DNA of 64,000 nt from Tubulanus polymorphus (Eukaryota; Animalia; Nemertea), in assembly GCF_964204645.1 (NCBI RefSeq), contig NC_134033.1, positions 14,578,655-14,642,654 of the forward strand, read 5' to 3'. Below the pieces are notes generated by a model that saw only the letters and a list, made by a program, of their open reading frames with translations, was not told where the DNA came from and did not search any database. The position numbers and the translations under genes are program-made. This document shows positions 51,309 to 64,000 of this stretch, piece after piece; the stretch's first letter is position 1; the number at the start of each line of letters is the position of its first letter.

Positions 51309-52617
51309 ATTTTGTAAGTTGAACAGCACACGATGCAGTCTTTACGAGGAAGAACATTTATACTCCGTGCTTCCGCGATCGAAGCCAGCCTGATTGTCGT
51401 ACTGATGAGAATACTGCGAGCCGATCGGTGCGTCGTCGTTGTCGCTATCACCGTCTGTTGCCGGGCAACGGCGCGATAATCGGAGCGACGACGTAGTTCG
51501 CATTCGCGCGCGCGAACATTTCCTGATTTTCAGATCTGCGATTCGGACTTTATTCAGTTCACCGCGCGGAATGGCTGCTGTTCCTTATTTCCTACTTTCT
51601 GCCTTTCTATTAAACCCGATCGGTTTTTTATATTTCTTCCCGCAAACCCGAATCACGACGCACCAATTCCAGGAATATCTAGCATTATCTAAATCACAGC
51701 AATGATCTACACATCAAATGACTGAGGCATCGAATTTACCGATTTAAAGAGAAATATGAATTATAAACCTACAGGCCGCCTAAAACAGGTTATATTTTGT
51801 GGATTTACACCAATCAAGGAGGGGTTCCAACAATGGCCACTCGTTTCGTGCTCTGTGTAAAATGCAGTGGGTCTATTTCGACGACGGTACGGAAAACGAA
51901 ATCGGCAATCTATGAACGGGAGACAAGACTTGCATCGTTTTCGTGGGACCAGTTTGTGTTTGGGTGTGTGTGGTTTGTTTTGTCTGATCGGCAGCGGCGC
52001 AGTTCCTCTCCTCTACATTTCTATCGTGTCATCATCGACGGTGTAGTAGGTGACATCTTCAGTTGTGTAGTAACTCAGTAGCAGCAGCAGTACGGCGGCC
52101 ATTGCAGTTGGATTTTTATAGCACATCCACAGCGCGCATGCTCATTTCATTAATCCAACGACAAATGTTAATGTAGCGCCACCGTCAGATGCCGTGAGCA
52201 GCTGGTCCAGCATCAACGAGCAGCTCTCTGAGCTCCCCTGCTGCGGCCGTCAGATGCCGCGATCAGTCGGTCCGGCCAATTTGTCGAAGAGGTCCCTTCA
52301 GACCGCATTCAAGATCAGTGCCCTGTTACAAAAATAGTTCTATTTTTTAAGTCCCGATTTTATCCGATTCGGAGCATCTGTTATTTTGGCATTAAGTCCC
52401 TGAGGGAACGTTCCGGAAAGCACGTGCGTTTGTTTACATAAAAAAGCGCGCCCTACAATCCGAGCCCTGGGGTTTTGATTGGGCCACTAACGCTTATTAG
52501 TTGCAAATTATATTTTCAACAAGAATGCTGCCAAAAGCAATTGTGCAAATTCTAATTACATGTTGGGTATAAAGACGAATAAAGTTTTAAATTGAATTGG
52601 TCTCAGGATTAGACAGT

Positions 52618-52753
52618 CAGGTGCTGCCCCTATACTCATCGTTAGCGGTGAACACGTGAACTAACTCGGCTCCAAAACACTCCTGCTGTGGCATGCGAGT
52701 AGTGAGTTAGTTCGCAGACTCGCCGTCAACGATATGTATAGGGGCAGCACTTG
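52618..52753. mobile_element. MITE
   Basis: TCAGGTGCTGCCCCTATAC / GTATAGGGGCAGCACTTGA. Confidence 0.7.
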
Positions 52754-52835
52754 ACGGATACGGACTAAACCGATTGAAGTGTTGAATTGAATTGAAACTT
52801 TCTAAAATCAAAAACAACTCGTTTTAGCTGATTCA

Positions 52836-54842
52836 TATGGAAGACCTCAGACGACATACAAGATATGAGATATAACATACGAGATATGAGATGCAACATA
52901 CGAGATACGACATATGACATACGAGATACGACTTATTTACAGTACGGGTGTCCGTCCGCTAGCGCCACCGCAGTGTATGTTTTTTCAATATTTACTGCAT
53001 ATAAATCGTTTAACATGGTGACGCGTACAGTCATCGTCAATTATATGAAAACCAACATAGTCAACATTTTATTCAAACCAGAAATAGATTTCTTTTGGAT
53101 AATGGACACCTGGACCGGACACAACGATATTAGGCCATACTGTGAACACCCTGGACTAGGCGCGCCGCCGGCCGTTCCTCTCCCGCGGGCGACGAAAAGT
53201 TTTTCAAATCACAAAACTAAAAAGATATCAAACTGTTCAAGTTCATAATATTATGCTATTTCTTGTCTTCCTTTGGTCTTAAAACGGCCTGGTGTTCAGG
53301 AGCCGGGGTTCCGGTTACTCAATGCCTGCAGAAAAAATAACTACTGTTCACCGCCCGCCGTAACCGCCTGCTTTTCTGCATCAGAAATCAAAATTCTAAA
53401 AAAAACTCCGCAGCCGGAAATCCCGGCCCCCTTGTACCCCTCATCCGCTGTTTGACACCCCTGCCTGAGTTCTTGAATCCCAAACAACCTGGGAACCCGT
53501 ACATCGCCCTGGTATCCAGATTAAGAACTCCCGTGCTCTCTCTCAAGGTTTGAAATCCCCAGCTAAATTCCATCCCTATCGAGCTACTGGGGCAGACTGG
53601 TGAGTCCACTAGACCAGCCATTGAGAGTCGAGACTGGCCAGTTTTCGCTAACCGCCAGGGCAGTATGCGGTACTGTCTTTCTGAAGCCATAGTCTGGGGT
53701 CCTCCCCTGAAAATTTGTTCAATTTAGGTACTTGTGTATTCTGAGTGCTTTTTGGCTATCTTTCTTTTCTGACATCTTTCATGAAAAGGGCCAATGGCTG
53801 AATCTGAATAACTTTCATAATCGGAGAATCCAATTTAAGATCATTCTTATCAATTGTCATGGTCAGTTTTAAAACTGTTTATTGACAAAAGTACAGGACC
53901 CACATGAATAAGTCTTCAGCAAAACACAACAGCTCTTACATTTGTAAAGATAAGAGATCCATGGAAATATCAAGTAACATTTCTTTAGACCGGGGAATTA
54001 GCGGAACACCGGAACGTTGCTCGTATGGTGCGTTTGCACCCGTCGCAAAAAACGTCGTGATAAATGAAATCAGCTGGACTAGGGCCAGGAGCTGAGAGTG
54101 ATACAATGGAACTCCATTCTGATATTTAATGAATAATTCATTCAATAGATCTATGTTATCTTTAGTATTTTTAATTCATGTCCATGTTTCAATTCATTCG
54201 TTGAAATCATAGTACACTAAACACAGATTCCGCGTGTGTCGGACTTTTTTTTAACTCTTTGGTCATCGGCATTCGTAATATACATACATCTTTCATTTTT
54301 CATCGAAAACCCTCGATCGAACGCGAAGTTTAAACCCTTGACTAGGCGCAATTCTTAGTGACCACCAATTTGAAGGGGCCATGGCTAACTCTTTTTGAGG
54401 GATTTTTGTACACTCAAAAATGGAATTTGAGGCGTTTTTGGTGGATTTAGGGGCTGTAGCCCCGTATTTGGAGCCAACTCGAATCACCGGACCATCGGTG
54501 TCTCACACTACTAAGAGTGGCCGCCCACTGATGTCACAGCGAGAAGCCGGTCCCCGGGAGTGGTTGATCGAATATTTTTAAATATTTTTCGTTTCAAATG
54601 AAACGTTTTTCGCATATTGATATTCATAGTTAATGTATACGCCACTGCCTGCGCACGTGTCGTAGTATACGCCGCAACGCCGAGTAGATGTTGAAAAATA
54701 TACACTGCGGTGGCGCTAGCGGACGGACACCCGTACTGTAAATAAGTCGTATCTCGTATGTCATATGTCGTATCTCGTATGTTGCATCTCATATCTCGTA
54801 TGTTATATCTCATATCTCGTATGTCGTCTGAGGTCTTCCATA
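52836..54842. mobile_element. 2.0-kb non-autonomous DNA transposon with ~150-bp TIRs and 6-bp TSD
   Basis: TATGGAAGACCTCAGACGACATAC...GCTAGCGCCACCGCAGTGTAT at 52836-52980, with its near-perfect reverse complement at ~54699-54842. GATTCA lies directly outside both ends. No transposase ORF. Confidence 0.92.
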
Positions 54843-55046
54843 GATTCAAACAACAAAACGACAAGAAATTTATATGAAAAACATATTTTAGAAAGATGAT
54901 GATTCCATTGAATCGTCGACTGATGCTTGAAAAATAAAAAGTGAAGCATTTTTTGACATTTCTGATTTTTTTAGTTCCATCCATTCAAAAAATCTGGTTA
55001 GGCCTAACTAAATAGTTCGCTTGAGCCAAACTTTGCATTCTAAATA

Positions 55047-58000
55047 ATGATGGAAATGATGAAAGACGATGACGATGAAATAGTTGGGATAACGGCGTTA
55101 TTTACGGGTCTGGCGAAACTGAGTTTGAACGAGGTTATACGCGATGCGAATCTCGGCGTCGATCCGTATCACGAACGACGCGTCGCGTTACGGCGATTGA
55201 AAAAAACTACGTACGACGCTTACTTCGAACAACTCAGACTTCGCAGGTTTGTCAAATTAATTATTAATAATCAATGCTGGTAATAGTTTCACACTGGACG
55301 AGACTTTTCTTGAATATTTACCAATACACCCAGATCACTAGATACCCATTTAACGGGATATTCAATTTGATACTCAGTTCAATTGATACCAAGTTCACTG
55401 GATACCCAGTTGACTGCTTACCCATTTGACCAGATACCCAGTTAGAACTCACTGGATACCCAGTTAGGACTTGATCCCATTTGATCAGATACCCAATTGA
55501 TTGGATACCAAGTAAGGACTGGATACCCATTCGACTAGATCCCTGTTCACTGGATACCTAATTCAGACTGGATACATACCCAGTTCACCGGATACATGTG
55601 AATTTTATTCTGTTTATAGAAATGAACCGTGCGACGCGGCGGCGCGAACCGAGCTGAATATCGGACCGTTTAACCAAGCGTTAGGATACGTCTTCGAGAA
55701 ATTTCGATGCCAACGAAAGTTTGACGAAGCGAACAAGATGGAGGATTTATTGAGTCGACTTCAGTTGTATGAGGGTACGTGTGCAGAGGTGCATCGGGGG
55801 AAGGCCGGGTTCCACAAGAACAGAAAAGGCATTTTTCGGATAAACTAGCCTTCCTTGTCAATGGACCCTAGTGGGGTCCCTCCATCATAACCTGCATATT
55901 GGACTCATCGTATCAGTACCGGTATTTGATATTTTTGAAGAATTGAACCCAAAAAGACGCAAGTTCTGATATGCTGATTGTCAAATTTGCAGGTTTTTTA
56001 CTATTCGGTCTTGAAGAAAGAGGAAACTTGTGGAAAGGCAGGGACCCTGACTTCTGAGACCACCCCCTAAATCCTCCCCTGGTGTGCAAGTTCATTCAAT
56101 TTTGGTTTCACCTAATTGTACATGGTTGCCACAGAACAGGGAAATTGGGAAAAACTTGGGAATTTTGAAATAATAATTCCCAGTTGGAAATATTTGGGAA
56201 TTTCAAAGATTTTCGTCGAATCAGCTGGGAAATATTTGCTGTATTACATTTGCTGAAGGTAACTTTCTTCAGCGATTTCCCTTGAAAATCATCTTAATCA
56301 ACCAGTTACCACTAAGATGTTGACTGTAGAAATTTTGGTATCTGTTCATTTCCGTTTGGATAAATTGAAAAATTACCCATGAAATACTTGGGAAAAACCT
56401 GGGAATTTTTGATTTATCTAACTGTAAGAACCATGGATTTAAGACGTGTGTGTTTTTTGTTCTCTGTTTAGGTGATTCGGGCGCTACTGTTAAATCAGTA
56501 TTATCGATGTTATTGAGTTTAGCCGAAGCAGACGACGATGTTCCGCGAACTGGCGGCGCCCCCTGCCCGATACTCGGAGACGTTCTCATACCCGTCGCTC
56601 AGAAACCGAACGTGTTCGTTATTCCAGATGGCGCTCCGGTCTACGGCGATACGAACGTCCGGCCGTGCCGCGATGATAAATACAATATATCATATACTCA
56701 CTTCCCAGAGTAAGTTCTAGTTGTATATATTGTCTCTTATAAACCATTCTCATCAATTCAGATGAGTTCATCATCGATTCCAGTGTCCAGAGTCTCTACG
56801 ACTCCTTGATTCCTTAAAAATTTCTTCTAAACAGAAAATGTTTTTAAGGATGCTCGAGAATGCCCAAAACTCCTTCAATTTTGAGAAATGTTTGAGTGCT
56901 TATATTGTGGATTGGCTGGTCTGTGTTTTAAGGACCGTATGTGTCTATTTTCAGTTATTTGTTCAATGCTGTTCCACCCATTCAGAACAACAACAACAAC
57001 AACCCTTACATCAAAGATTCCATTGATAAAATGAAGGTAAACTTTATTTATACCTCATTTACCGGTGTTTCTTTAACCCATCCTTTTTGTACACCTTGTC
57101 TTGTAGACCAGGTAGTGTCCCTCTGTCTGAGAATAACAGCCAGTTTCCACTGTTATTTGGTTAAGTAATGGTTTGACACTAAAAGTTAGCAGGGACAATC
57201 CCTATTTTAAGATCAAAAAAAAAAAAAATGAATGTTTTATGACCCAGTAATATCCAGAAGAAGTTTTAAATGGGTGGCTGCCCCTTTCAAACCCCATCTA
57301 ATGGATATTACTGGGACTTAAACCATTCTTACTGTTTGCCCATTCGCCTGCGGCAGATTCACGGGAATTTTGTGTGTTATAACATGGAAAGACCAGGGGC
57401 AAAACTCAGGGAATTTGTAAATGGGCGGAAAGTGGCCGCCCTTTAAATGATATGTTGTATTTTTGTTTGTAGTTGTGTAGTGTATCTCCCGGAATGAGGC
57501 ACCAGCACGCAGCAGCAGCAGCAGCAGCTGACGATGACTCATACTCATTGAGAAACAGACGTACTCTGTTCGGAGCGTTCACCTACGGCGTCGTCGCTAC
57601 GACCGATTTAAACATCAAACTAGAAATTCCCGACATCGACGAGGAAAATCTCGGGTTCGTAAATTACAAAAAAATTCACGATAATCACAAATTTGAGAAT
57701 TTTTCGCTTTCTAAGTAAAAAGACCTCTTTAATATGGCGGATGAATTGATCAGGGCAGCCACTTACATGCGTTCATAATCGATGATATTGAACAGAAAGA
57801 TTATCAATCTGACAATTTTGAGATCCCTTATTGTCTAAATTATGTAAATCCTAAGAATTATCTGTATCAACCGCATTCATTACTGTTTTAACCAATTTAC
57901 CAATTTGGGATTTTTAACAAAGTTCGCTGACCTCTCTCGTAGTAGATAGAATTAATGATATTTTCTCTATCTTGAACCAATTCTAAATCTAATTTTTCAG

Positions 58001-61000
58001 TGATTCTGCATTTCCTAAATATACGGAGGTAAGTGAATTTGAATATGTTGAGTGCTCTGCGTAGAAGGATAGCTTCAGGTTTAAAAGATGATTTTCTTTT
58101 CGTTTCATTAATATTCATCGATGTTCCTTTTTTCATATCCGAAGAAGAATCTCAGGCAACACGAATCGGAAGACGAAGGTTTAGGGACCGATTCGGAATC
58201 GGTATCCTCAGTCGAGTCGAGGATGAAATTGCGATCGCCGTTCTGCGAAGAATTGGATCAGTGGGAACTGGCCTTACTGTATAAACCGAATACTCACTAC
58301 ACCTGGGAAACGAGAGGAAAGTGAGTAAAGTTTTTGATGTAGAAAAAAATTGAAGCATCTGAAAAGTCATGAAAATGCTTGAAAAATTCAGAAAAAGTGT
58401 CCGTCAAAATACTTTGGCCCCTTTTTATGCCTTAAAATGTGCAGCTCAGAATTTATGCATAAGCTATCTGTGTTGAAGTTTAAGAAATTTGATTTTAATG
58501 TTGTGATCAGTAACTGTTTACCGGTATGTTATATTTGATCTTTACATGAAAAATGTGAAAAGTTATGCGAAAAAACTGATTGTAAGAATGTGAAAAAGTC
58601 TGAAAATTCCAGAGTTCATCAATCTGATTCATGGCATTCCTGAATTGGGTCCTATCGAGTGTTCCTCTGCGGTTCTAGCTAAATTATGATTAATTCACGA
58701 CCCATATATTCATCATTTTCAAATTTCAGACCGTCCGAAAAGGAACAACCGTATCTAACCGAGGCCGGACCGGAAGCGTTCGATCACGTGTGTTCAATCG
58801 TTAATGGTTGGTTGAGATTAATAAATCCGGCTACAGTTCACATTAGTGAACGTATTGTTACGATGAGCCAACTGATCAAACATATACAGTACTTACTGGT
58901 CGGAGTGCCTTCTGAAACATTCTCTTTAAACCAGGTCAGTAAAACATACGTATCTTGGTGAGTTCATTAGAATCCAGTGAGTATGTTAGAGTCCAGTGAG
59001 TTCATTGGAATCTAGTGAGTTCATTATGCGTTGTGTTACAAACTCCCTGAATGTAGAATTGAAATATCTGTGCTAATATTCAATTTGTTAGTCTTGTGCT
59101 AAACAGGGTTCCTACGGTCTATCAAATCCCTCAGTCAGATGACCTTAAATTCCAAATTCAATTTTGAGGGAACACATTCAACAAAATACCTAAAATTCTT
59201 AGTGTTAGCCCTCAAATACTCCTCAAATCCTGAAAATATTCCTTGGAAAATATTTGTAATCACACATTTATTAAAAGAACAAGGTCCTTTCATACATTGC
59301 GTCTTTGCTAATTGCTTTGATTGTACACAACACGATGGGTTATACAGCATAGTCTGTTGTCAAACAACAATTGATATATTTACAATTTCAGGCAACTGGT
59401 AAATTTACGATGTACGAAGGCGTTAAAATCTCCGGTTTATCGACGGAGTCGTTGCGCGCGTCGTGTTCGGAATTCATCGAATGCGGTGAGAGTTGTCGTA
59501 AACTCGATCGTTTCGCTCATCAGACGTCGAAACTATCGTTTTACAGTAAGGGTAACGTGTTCCAGGCGTTCGCTCGCGCTATACGCAGATACCTCTACTA
59601 TTACAACACAGCCGTGGCCTCCGTACCGAATCATAAAACCGTGCTCGAGATGAAATGTATGCTGGAAAAACTAATGCGCCAAATCGGGTAAAATGTTTTG
59701 TAAAATTTTTGGGTATCTTTCTGGTTTAACAGGGTGGCCACTTATCTGGACATCAGGGACAGGTCAGGATCAAGTAAAAAAAAAAACAACTTGCATGTCA
59801 GGGAATAGTCAAGGAAAAATTAGGGAGAAGCAAGTCAAATAAAAATGGCCGTCCTATTTAACGGGCCCAATCTCGGCTATCCTTGCTTATTTCTGTCCAA
59901 CTCGTATGTACCACCTTCAAGTCTGTCAACTGTCAAGGGTTCGCGACTGATCTTTCGCATATTTATTGTTACCTCGCTAGGTATTTGGTTGGCTTGTGTA
60001 AACTCGATTCTCTCGGTTCCGGTCAAGAAAGTAACTTCCCGACTGTAAGTTTCTAACTGTGGGAAAGGCCAGTTTAACCCGCGCCCCTCATCTACCTGTA
60101 CGTACGATATCTCGTTATTTCTAGGGGTTGAAATTGTTGATGTATTTGTATGAACACACGCTCGCTAACTGTGCCATGGATCACTATACGATGTTACTGT
60201 ATCTTCTGACGAACTGTTGTGTGCCGTTTACCGTGTAAGTTATTTAACTCATTTAACTGATTGAAAAACTGAAATAATCTCGATTCAAACTGCTCGGAAA
60301 TTTAATCGTGAATATGATTATTTTATGTTTTCAGGTTTTTGAAAGACTGGATTTTCCGTGGCATCTATAAAGATGCGTTCAATGAGTTCATGATAAAAAT
60401 GAATGAAGATCATCTATACAGCCGAGGTACGTGTTGTGTTAGCTGCAGATTTGCCCCGAGTCCTGGGACCATTTCCGAGAAGCTTGAATATTGAAACTTC
60501 TAAATCGACTTCAGTAATGAAGACCCGCGTCGACCACTAACCAGCTAGATGGCGTGTATCAATTGGTCAACTCAATTGAAAATAAAAAGTTCATTTTCAA
60601 TTAACTTTCATCTAAGTTTTGGGCCTCCCCTCATGAAATCTGCAAAGAATCTGAAAAGAAATCCACGATTGTTGTTAGAAATGATACTGATTAGTGAATC
60701 TGGCGTAATCCTTGTTTCTCCTAATCGGTCGGTCATTTTGTAAACTGCAATAAAATTTCTAATCAGTTCATTTCTATAGCTGCCGGGTATGTTATGGCTA
60801 GCTCGATCCTGATTTCAAAAAAGTAATAATGTACAGGGTAGATACGCGGCTGGCCGGGTTGACTTTAAAGCTCAGTAGAAATGAGAAAGAAGGTATCAAT
60901 TTATTTTTAGCTTTAGCCTAAAGTCGTCATTGTTGTTGTGTTTGTAGATAAATTCTACTGGACTCATGGTTATGAACTGCTGCCAGATGAGACGAGCTTT

Positions 61001-64000
61001 TTGGGTAAAATCATGACTGATATCTATTTGTGCGGTAAATCGGTGAATCTGCTAACACTGTGCTGTCCCGATGTGAGTATTAAAAAGTATTTTTTCTTCG
61101 AATTTGGTGAAATTAATCCCGGGGACGACTCGCTGTTTTGCTGCCGGCGGGTGTAGTGGGTTTGAAAGGGTCACCAAATCAAAAAAAATCAAACGAAATC
61201 TACCAATTAGACAGATAAAAGGGTAAATCCCTATTTTAAGATCAAAAAAGAGATGAAACTGGTCAGTTATACTGATAGCTGGGCAGGTTAAGTTGATCCA
61301 GCGTAACTATACAAATCGATAGCATTCTGACCAAAATCAGTCAAGTAGACTTAAAACTTGAGTGCGTTATACTTGCTATATATTGCTTATTAAGCGCAGT
61401 GGACTTTAGCCTTCTATAGACGAGTGCTGGCAGTTGATATCTATAAGTTTTGGTTCGTTTTCTAATTGCAGCATTTCCTGGCCAAGTCTCACCAAGTCGT
61501 ACCGCCGGTGTATATCTGTTTTTCCGAGCAGCACCTTTCGACGATCAACTCGAAATGCCGTCGTTACGTAACCTACATGGAAAACGAAGCGTCCGATAGG
61601 GTGATGACTCGGTAAGTCTGTCCAACTTGATTGGACATCACCGCAGGAAAATCTTTTCAATTCAATTTCATCTTAATTTGTATATTTCTATACCCTTCAT
61701 TTCATTAACCATCACATCATTCTCAATTTCATCATTACAACCAATTTTTGGTGTGTGAAGCCAATTAAGGGTCTACAACGGATTTGGCTAGTCATACATC
61801 TAGCCACATTAAGTGTAAAATTATCATATTTGTCTACTCATTATTGTATTATTTGCTTGTTTATTGGGTTTATGTCGTTTGGATATTGGCCTTACCAAGA
61901 CTACCCTAATGGATTGTTGATTTAACCTAATGATGGGACCTCGGCCTTTGAAGTGTTGCCCGCATACTGTAAACCAGCCAGCAGGACTCGAACCCACTTA
62001 TCACTCAGCGCTGATAGTGAATGCAACAGTATTATGCCTTATCCCACTAAATTATGACTAAATTATTGAAATATGGTAAATATCTATAGGGTTGAAATGC
62101 TGAAAAAAGCTGCTGAGAAGAAGAAAATGCGCGTGATGGAAGCGAGGAAGGAGGCGAATCTGCTAGTTCACAAAGTTCAAGCGAAGAACCTCGAAAAACG
62201 AAAAGCGGCAGACGCGAAAAAACGCGCGGAATTCGCTTTCCTTAAACGTCAAATGGAAAAAGATCTCGTTGTGAGTATTTTGGAATGACACCATTTCCTC
62301 GCATATAATGTCATAGCGGCTAATGGGACCAAAATTGGAAAAGAAACTACAGTCAACCCATATCAGTTACATCAGGGATTGACTGCAGGTTTATAAGTCA
62401 TACAGTTGTGATTGGTTTCTTAACATATTTTTGGGGCAGACAGTTTCAAGATCAGATGTGTGGGTTTTTGATCTGAAATCTTTGCTGAAAATAAATGAAT
62501 AAAATAGATTAATTTGTAGAATTGTTTGATGAAAATTTATTTACAAATGTTTTTTTTTTCTGCAGAGGCGTGCGTCGGCCCAGGAGAAAGAGAAAGAAGA
62601 TGATATAGCGATAATGGCCGTGCTCACTGAACAGGAAGATGCAGTCGATCCAGAACTGAAACGGTTGCAAGAAGAAGCTAAGTATGAAAATTAAACCCAT
62701 TTCAAAAATTTGAGGAGACTAAATACAGTGTAACATTGGTACAATGAACTTTAGGAGACCACAGAGACAATATATTGGTTATAACTGTTGTTTCCAGAAT
62801 TGTCCTATTTGGAATGAAATTCTGTCTGTTTCATGCGATAAATCATTTCATCCAATTCATGAGGTTTCACTGTACTATACCTGAGGCCTACTATTAGTGT
62901 ATCAAACACCATAGAGATCTAAGATTAGATGATTTTGAAAAAAAAGACTATGATACGATTATGTTCGACCACGTTTAAAGGTACTTTTTCATGTCATTTA
63001 TAGGGAAGAATTGGTCGAAAAATACCGTAAACTGATGGAAGAAGCTGAACTTCGCGAACAACGAGCTTTATGGAAGGTGAAACGAGCGAAATTAGCGGAA
63101 GCTCGACGACAGTTCTTCGAATCAGACAAATTACAGGTGAGTTTAAATCATTGCCTCACAAGATTACGAGGTTTGCTTATGATGATGTAGCAGGTTATTT
63201 ACAGATCAGAAAGATGTATTTTTCCCTTCACTGTGGGGAAATCAGGGAATTCTGACTCTTCTGAAGTCAGGGAATTTGAATTTTTAAGGCCTTGCTGGCG
63301 TTGAGTGGCAAAAGAAACCTCTTAATAAGAAACAGCCCCCACTGAGGATGTATGATTTAATCAGGGAATTTTTGGTCAAGGGTCCAGGAAAATCAGGGAA
63401 TTTTGGGTTAACTGATGTGTATGAACCCTTCTGCAGGAAGTTATCAAACTTTGTCAACAATGTCTACTTCACCATTTCAGCATGACATGCCTGATTACAC
63501 AGTCTCTGGCATCGAACCAATAGATGTTGCGAATTTACCTCCCTGGGCGGCAAAACGTCTTACCGACACTAAAGAGGATATGTTGTCGATTGAGAATTCA
63601 GAAGTTCCTGTTTCTGAGATACAGGAGGATAGAAGTTTACCGAAATGGGCTGCTGGTCGCTTAAACACCTCAGCCACAATAACAATTACTGATGAACCCG
63701 TCGATGGGATTCCTGAAATGCCCAATTGGGCTCAAGAACGTCTTCACGAAAGTGTGACGGTGGACGCAGGAATGAATGGTGGAACAGACACAAAGGTAGA
63801 TAGGACAGATGGAACTGTGGATAGAACAGATGGAACTGTAGATATCAGTGTAACAGCTGCAAATATTGTTGAAGGTTCTGTGAATAGCACTGAGCAAGGT
63901 GCGACTACTACCAATGAAGTCGATTCAGATTCTGCGAATGTGAAAGCAGATATGGCTCCGGGAGATGTAAGGGCTTCGGATATGGATAAAGCGAATGTGG
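55047..64000 (+). CDS. TUBGCP6: Gamma-tubulin complex component 6, 5' part (runs off the window)
   Basis: Multi-exon gene, e.g. 55047-55246, 55620-55773, 56472-56709, 56955-57036, ~57473, ~58155-58320, ~58730-58934, ~59392-59687 ... 63481->64000. Motifs ITALF, RRLKKTTYDAYF, RTLFGA, EDEG, WETRG, QPYLTEAGPEAFD, LLVGVPSETFSL, KGNVFQAF...RRYL, LCGKSVNLLTLCCP match GCP6, followed by a coiled-coil and a low-complexity insertion. Confidence 0.93.
55320..55600. repeat. Degenerate short tandem repeats in TUBGCP6 intron 1
   Basis: Many GATACCCA(G) / TTCACTGGATACC units. Confidence 0.7.
60755..60870. repeat. Dispersed repeat, also at ~10555-10668
   Basis: TAATCAGTTCATTTCTAT..CTGCCGGGT.TGTTATGG.TAGCT.GATC shared. 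Confidence 0.75.
61980..62048 (-). mobile_element. tRNA-derived SINE-like fragment
   Basis: Minus strand reads AGTGGGATAAGGCA...GTGGGTTCGAGTCCTGC (A/B boxes) without a canonical cloverleaf. Confidence 0.5.

Noticed and set aside
52865-54984. Two ORFs sharing MRYNIRDMRCNIRDTTYDIRD
   Set aside because: Both read through the same TIR subrepeats on opposite strands, and there are no transposase motifs.
56761-56820. Candidate TUBGCP6 exon after CAG at 56761
   Set aside because: It gives an immediate in-frame stop. The exon at 56955 fits the phase instead.

Overview
AT-rich, intron-containing invertebrate animal DNA (probably a spiralian; not determinable from sequence alone). Gene models were spliced by hand using GT-AG junctions and exon phase. 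The window holds: (1) a cluster of four intact 8-exon genes encoding stand-alone PANK4-type pantothenate-kinase-fold proteins (two on -, two on +). All four keep the ATP loop and catalytic Glu, but replace the substrate-binding Arg with Met and lack the PANK4 phosphatase domain. (2) A head-to-tail triplication of a rhodopsin-type GPCR pseudogene, bounded by (CATT)n tracts, inside that cluster. (3) A 14-exon secreted ADAMTS-like M12B metalloprotease with no TSP1 repeats. (4) A NALF/FAM155 gene (NALCN auxiliary factor). (5) The 5' part of TUBGCP6. NALF and TUBGCP6 are head-to-head, separated by a 2-kb TIR element with a 6-bp TSD. The first 11 kb has no convincing CDS but contains a minisatellite, local duplications and a repeat array of exon/intron modules resembling a spliced non-coding RNA. 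MITEs, tRNA-derived SINE heads and degenerate hammerhead (Penelope-like) motifs are scattered throughout. The best candidate for an undescribed system is the diverged PanK-fold kinase cluster. Homology calls rest on remembered family motifs, not on database searches.
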